24,000 nucleotides of DNA from Ochrobactrum phage ZX86: sequence record PV394112.1; one strand, given 5' to 3'. Below are positions 23,625 through 24,000 of this stretch, in pieces. The stretch's first letter is position 1; every line of letters begins with the position of its first letter. The notes under the pieces were generated by a model, which saw only the letters and a list, made by a program, of their open reading frames with translations, did no database searches and was not told the origin of the DNA. The position numbers were made by a program, and so were the translations under genes.

Positions 23625-23644
23625 GTGATTACTGCGGTAATCAC
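23625..23644. promoter_or_regulatory. Palindromic element GTGATTAC-TGCG-GTAATCAC upstream of SSB-like gene
   Basis: Perfect 8-bp inverted repeat, 4-nt spacer, in a 47-nt intergenic gap. Confidence 0.45.
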
Positions 23645-23665
23645 ATTGTTAATGAAGGAACTAAC

Positions 23666-24000
23666 ATGAGCTTGCTCTCAAAGATTAAGTCAAAAGCATC
23701 GTCAACTGCTGTTGAGCAGGAAGAACGCCTCGGCGGTGGTGGTTTCCACCGTGCTGCTGGTGTCTATGACATGGAAATCCAGCTTGCTTACCTGACTTCC
23801 GCTGCCAGCGGTGCGGTCGCCGTCAACTACGTCCTGAAGGACGAAAAGAGCGAATACCGTGAAACGGTGTATATCTCGAACAAGGAAGGCGAAAACTTCT
23901 ATTACAAGAAGGACGCCAACGGCAATCCGACCGATGAACAGGTGCTTCTGCCGGGCTACCAGCAGCTTAACAGCATTTGCTTGCTGACGCTGGACAAGCC
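23666..24000 (+). CDS. N4 gp45-like single-stranded DNA-binding protein, truncated by window end
   Basis: ATG 23666, MSLLSKIKSKASSTAVEQEERLGGGGFHRAAGVYDMEIQLAYLTSAASGAVAVNYVLK..., AAGGAAC RBS; synteny after the RecA-like ATPase. Confidence 0.6.
   Translation, partial: MSLLSKIKSKASSTAVEQEERLGGGGFHRAAGVYDMEIQLAYLTSAASGAVAVNYVLKDEKSEYRETVYISNKEGENFYYKKDANGNPTDEQVLLPGYQQLNSICLLTLDK

Noticed and set aside
1-24000. CRISPR array, transposon ends, toxin-antitoxin pair or retron-like element
   Set aside because: I found no regularly spaced repeats, transposase, reverse transcriptase or recognisable TA pair; content fits an N4-like phage core.

Overview
The window reads as a contiguous, almost entirely +-strand early/middle and replication region of an N4-like (Schitoviridae-type) podophage. 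Evidence is motif recognition plus gene order: C-terminal-type subunit of a split single-subunit RNA polymerase (N4 RNAPII gp16-like), an Ig-like protein in the position of the N4 head-decoration protein gp17, a block of small unknown ORFs including an HNH endonuclease, an AAA+ / MoxR-AAA+ / VWA trio, a dCTP-deaminase-like protein, rIIA-like (GHKL ATPase) and rIIB-like proteins, an HTH protein, a MazG/HisE-like NTP-PPase, an H-NS-like protein with an acidic N-terminal extension, an SF1 (Dda-like) helicase, a family A DNA polymerase with exonuclease, a PD-(D/E)XK Cas4/RecB-like nuclease, a large ATPase+primase-like protein, a RecA/Sak4-like ATPase and the start of an SSB-like gene. I found no CRISPR array, transposon or canonical tRNA. 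The least explained items are (1) a cloverleaf/tRNA-like RNA structure just upstream of the RNAP gene, with a 12-bp closing stem and a degenerate anticodon arm; (2) a recurring intergenic GGTAAT motif, often palindromic, next to hairpins; (3) a 9-bp operator-like palindrome before the H-NS-like gene; (4) possible competing hairpins plus a T-tract inside the start of the primase-like gene; (5) the small-ORF block at 3111-4574. No database search was run. Homology statements are from motif knowledge and synteny and should be tested with HHpred/BLAST.
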